Shown: positions 59,570-64,000 of the stretch, piece after piece
How the letters are laid out: the number at the start of each line of letters is the position of its first letter
Numbering within the stretch: position 1 is the first letter of the stretch
Source: Macrostomum hystrix
Lineage: Eukaryota; Animalia; Platyhelminthes
DNA: 64,000 nucleotides
Assembly: GCA_950097015.1 (NCBI GenBank)
Contig: CATNEN010000027.1
Location: 620,001 to 684,000 of the forward strand
Direction of reading: 5' to 3'
The notes under the pieces: generated by a model
Told to the model about the DNA's origin: nothing
The model's database searches: none
What the model saw: only the letters and a program-made list of their open reading frames with translations
Program-made: the position numbers and the translations under genes

Positions 59570-60470
59570 AGTGTCTCATAGAACACTCCAGTGTCTCATA
59601 GAACACTCCAGTGTCTCATAGAACACTCCAGTGTCTCATCTCTACCCCGTCTCATCTCTCCTATCTCATCTATCCCGTCTCATCCCTCCCCTGTCTCATC
59701 TCTCCCGTGTCTCATCTCTCCCGTGTCTTATCTCTACTCTGTCTCATCTCTCCCCTGTATCATCTCTCCCGTGTCTCATCTCTCCCGTGTCTTATCTCTA
59801 CTCTGTCTCAGCTCTCCCCTGTATCATCTCTCCCGTGTCTCATCTCTCCCGTGTCTTATCTCTACTCTGTCTCAGCTCTCCCCTGTATCATCTCTCCCGT
59901 GTCTCATCTCTCCCGTGTCTTATCTCTACTCTGTCTCATCTCTCCCGTCTCATCTCTCCCGTGTCTCATCTCTCCCGTGTCTCATCTCTACTCTGTCTCA
60001 TCTCTCCCCTGTCTCATCTCTCCCGTGTCTCATCTCTCCCCTGTCTCATCTCTCCCCTGTCTCATCTCTCCCGTGTCTCATCTCTACTCTGTCTCAGCTC
60101 TCCCCTGTATCATCTCTCCCGTGTCTCATCTCTCCCGTGTCTTATCTCTACTCTGTCTCAGCTCTCCCCTGTATCATCTCTCCCGTGTCTCATCTCTCCC
60201 GTGTCTTATCTCTACTCTGTCTCATCTCTCCCGTCTCATCTCTCCCGTGTCTCATCTCTCCCGTGTCTCATCTCTACTCTGTCTCATCTCTCCCCTGTCT
60301 CATCTCTCCCGTGTCTCATCTCTCCCCTGTCTCATCTCTCCCCTGTCTCATCTCTCCCGTGTCTCATCTCTACTCTGTCTCATCTCTCCCCTGTCTCATC
60401 TCTCCCCTGTCTCATCTCTCCCGTGTCTCATCTCTCCCCTGTCTGATCTCTCCCGTGTCTCATCTGTCCC
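59570..60470. repeat. 20-bp x3 repeat followed by a 16-bp CT-rich minisatellite, between GDH and VRK
   Basis: gaacactccagtgtctcata; then tctcatctctcccgtg / tctcatctctactctg. Confidence 0.93.
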
Positions 60471-60666
60471 CTGTTCTCCCCTTTTCATCTCTCCGCTGTT
60501 TCATCTCCAATTTATTTGTCTCTAAGAATCCAGAAATTATGGGATCTATACACATGTATATTATTATTTATATTACAGCTCTGACCGTCTTTGTCTCCTT
60601 GTCTAACGGCGAAGAGTTTTTAAACGAGATAGAGCAAAGTTAGCAAACACAGAAATCAGGATTGCA

Positions 60667-63600
60667 ATGGCACCGCCGGCAAAGCGCACAGCGGCTAAAG
60701 CGGCAGCCTCGGCTCCCAATAAAAAGAAGGTCGCTGGAGGCGGGGGTGGAAAACGGCTGCCACCGAAAATTCAACTGCCGGAAGGCCTGGAGCTTGTTGA
60801 CCTCAAGAAACAGGTGAATCTTTGGCTGTTGTGGGCTTTTGTCTAGACATCACAATTCCTTTTTCCCCCTTATAGGCCACTAATCCCTTAGTCATTCTAT
60901 AGTGAGAAAATAAATCCCTTGGTCCTCCCATAGGCCGCTATCCCTTGGTCCTCCCATAGGCCGCTAATCTCTTGGTCCTCCTATATTCCGCTAATCCCTT
61001 GGTCCTCCCATAGGCCGCTAATCTCTTGGTCCTCCTATATTCCGCTAATCCCTTGGTCCTCCTATATTCCGCTAATCCCTTGGTCCTCCCATAGGCCGCT
61101 AATCCCTTGGTCCTCCCATATGCCGCTAATCCCTTGGTCCTCCCATAGGCCGCTAATCCCTTGGTCCTCCCATATGCCGCTAATCCCTTGGTCCTCCCAT
61201 AGGCCGCTAATCTCTTGGTCCTCCTATATTCCGCTAATCCCTTGGTCCTCCTATATTCCGCTAATCCCTTGGTCCTCCCATAGGCCGCTAATCCCTTGGT
61301 CCTCCCATATGCCGCGAATCCCTTGGTCCTCCCATAGGCCGCTAATCCCTTGGTCCTCCCATAGGCCGCTAATCTCTTGGTCCTCCTATATTCCGCTAAT
61401 CCCTTGGTCCTCCCATAGGCCGCTAATCTCTTGGTCCTCCTATATTCCGCTAATCCCTTGGTCCTTCTATATTCCGCTAATCCCTTGGTCCTCCTATATT
61501 CCGCTAATCCCTTGGTCCTCCTATAGGCCGCTAATCCCTTGGTCCTCCCATAGGCCGCTAATCCCTTGGTCCTCCCATATGCCGCTAATCCCTTGGTCCT
61601 CCCATAGGCCGCTAATCCCTTGGTCCTCCCATAGGCCGCTAATCTCTTGGTCCTCCTATATTCCGCTAATCCCTTGGTCCTCCAATATTCCGCTAATCCC
61701 TTGGTCCTCCAATATTCCGCTAATCCCTTGGCCCTCCAATATTCCGCTAATCCCTTGGCCCTCCAATATTCCGCTAATCCCTTGGCCCTCCAATATTACG
61801 CTTATGCCTTGGTCCTCCTATATTCCGCTAATCCCTTGGTCCTCCAATATTCCGCTAATCCCTTGGCCCTCCAATATTCCGCTAATCCCTTGGCCCTCCA
61901 ATATTCCGCTAATCCCTTGGTCCTCCAATATTCCGCTAATCCCTTGGCCCTCCAATATTCCGCTAATCCCTTGGCCCTCCAATATTCCGCTAATCCCTTG
62001 GTCCTCCAATATTCCGCTAATCCCTTGGCCCTCCAATATTACGCTAATCCCTTGGTCCTCCAATATTCCGCTAATCCCTTGGTCCTCCAATATTCCGCTA
62101 ATCCCTTGGTCCTCATATATTCCGCTAATTCCTTGGCCCTCATATATTCCGCTAATTCCTTTGGTTACTACTACTACAACCTTTCTCCCTTGGTCCTCTC
62201 TGATCCCTAGCTTATCTAAATTTAACCTTATTTTCCTCACTCTACGAATCCTACAACACAGTCATGGCGCGTGGGCCGAGTGATCGGCGAAGGCGGCTTC
62301 GGCCTGGTGTACCTGGGCACCGGCACCGGAGCGCCGGGTAGCACAGGACCCCCAGTCGACTGCGTGATCAAGGCCGAGCCGAAGGGCAACGGGCCGCTGT
62401 TCTGCGAGATGCACTTTTACCAGCGAGCCGCCGATGGCACTAAAATCAGCGACTGGGCCAACGCGCACCGGCTTGACTACGTCGGCGTGCCGCGCTTCTA
62501 CGGCTGCGGCCACGTGACCCACTCCGACCACGAGCATCGCTTCTTGGCCATCGAGCGCCTTGGCGACGATCTGGAGAAGCAGTTCGACACGCAACGCGAC
62601 TCTCTCGGCCGAGTGCCTCCTAGGCGAGCCTTCGCCGTAGCCGTCCGCGTGCTGGACGCCCTGAAGTTCGTGCACGACAGCGGCTACGCGCACGCCGACG
62701 TTAAGGCATCCAATTTGTTGACGTCTGGCGAGCGGGTCTATCTGGCCGATTTCGGCTTGGCGTTTCGATACCACGCCGAGGGGCGCTGGCTTAAGGAGGA
62801 GAAGGTGAGCAATTTTGTCTTACGGCCTTCAGCATATTTCGATACATATCGGGGATCCCGTTAAAGTGTAGCACATTTTTATATGACACGAATTTGATGT
62901 CAACGTCAACATGTACTACTAATACTATTACTACTACTACTACTCTACTACTACTCTACTACTACTACTCTACTACTACTACTACTACTACTTATATTCT
63001 AGATAAGCTTGCTGCTTCTAGAGTTTTCTTCCTGTCTTAACACGGCTCACAACTCAGCCTCACCTGTCCCGCTTCTTTAGGAGGACCCGAAGCGTCGTCA
63101 CGACGGCACGTCGGAGTTTTGCAGCCGCGATGCGCACCGCGGCCTGGCGCCAACTCCGAGAGCCGATTTAGAAAATTTCGGCTGGTGCCTGCTGGCCTGG
63201 CTCACCGGCGAGTTGCCATGGCAGCCGTTTCGCGACAATCACGAGCTGGTGCAGCGCGCCAAGGAAGCCGCCGTGACCGACCTGGCTGGCTTTCTTCGCG
63301 GCTGCCAATTTGCCCGAGGTGCCGCCGACGCCGACGCTGTCGCCGAAGTGTTGCGACACGCCGATGGTCTGGGCTATCACGAGAGGCCGCAGTACGCCCG
63401 CTTGCGCGACCTGCTGCGTCGACGTGCCGACGCTCCTGACGTAGCCGGGGCAGCCGCTGCTGCAGCTTCTTCCTCTGCTACCAATGGCGCTGTCAGAACG
63501 ACAGCTAAGAAAACAGCGGCTGAGTCGATGGCAAAATCGCGACCTGGCTCCGTTGCTAAGGCGTCTCCAAGGTCGAAAGTGGTTGCTAAGGTGACTTCAC

Positions 63601-63926
63601 CCCAATCGGAGACCGTTGCTAAGGCGTCTCCAAGGTCGAAAGCCGTTGCTAAGGCAACTTCACCCAAATCAGAGACTGTTGCTAAGCCATCTCCAAGGTC
63701 CAAAGCCGTCGCTAAGGTAACTTCAACCTCAAAGGTTGTTGCCATGGCAGCATCTTCTTCAGGCGCTTCATCATCAAGCGTAGAGGCCTCCACCAATGGC
63801 GCCGGTGTCGCTGTGGTTGCTAACGGCGTGGCCGAAGCTACGCGCAAGAGAAAATCCGGCTGCTGCCAGACCTCGCCGCATCTGCTTAAGGAGGCCAAAC
63901 GATTGGCCCGAGCTGCTAGAAAGTGA
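60667..63926 (+). CDS. VRK1: Vaccinia-related kinase (VRK1/NHK-1/ballchen-like), ~510 aa
   Basis: Exons 60667-60813, 62262-62804, 63081-63926 (all phase 0). GEGGFG, VIKAEP, EMHFYQR, HADVKASNLL, LADFGLA, HDGTSEFCSRDAH, basic tail. Confidence 0.93.
60915..62160. repeat. 27-bp intronic minisatellite (VRK intron 1)
   Basis: attccgctaatcccttggtcctccaat variants. Confidence 0.95.
62915..62995. repeat. (TAC)n microsatellite in VRK intron 2
   Basis: Imperfect tactactac run. Confidence 0.9.
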
Positions 63927-64000
63927 GCGCAATAATCTCGTTGTACTTTTACGCTACTGTTAGCGCAAGCCATATTTTATTCCAATGCTAATCGCAGCTT

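Noticed and set aside
63377-63973. 198-aa minus-strand ORF
   Set aside because: Antisense shadow of VRK exon 3.

Overview
Eukaryotic, spliceosomal-intron-containing DNA from an invertebrate animal. GC-rich exons, an innexin, and minisatellite-filled introns suggest a free-living flatworm such as Macrostomum; this is inference only. Host genes reconstructed with splice sites: a secreted/GPI-like protein carrying ~43 (SGSPPP) repeats and two furin sites (-); a single-exon prepro-peptide resembling a cationic amidated antimicrobial peptide (-); a BTB protein (+); a DEG/ENaC channel with an internal frameshift (-); an innexin (+); a co-oriented minus-strand run of DUF4598/NOPCHAP1-like, MTFMT, EMC7 and iRhom; then glutamate dehydrogenase and a VRK kinase (+). 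Mobile DNA: an intact 4.5-kb Ty3/gypsy CsRn1-type LTR element with apparently identical LTRs; a 3.5-kb TIR element with a 9-bp TSD that carries a DUF4806/BEN-like ORF but no transposase (one full copy plus a near-identical partial copy at the window start); two tRNA-derived SINE families (one with a MIR/CORE-like domain); a MITE; a LINE ORF1 relic; and about 19 distinct tandem repeats. Most long ORFs in the supplied track are repeat or antisense artefacts. Top leads: the arminin-like peptide precursor, the cargo-carrying MULE-like element, the SPPP/furin surface protein, and a possible trans-spliced operon.
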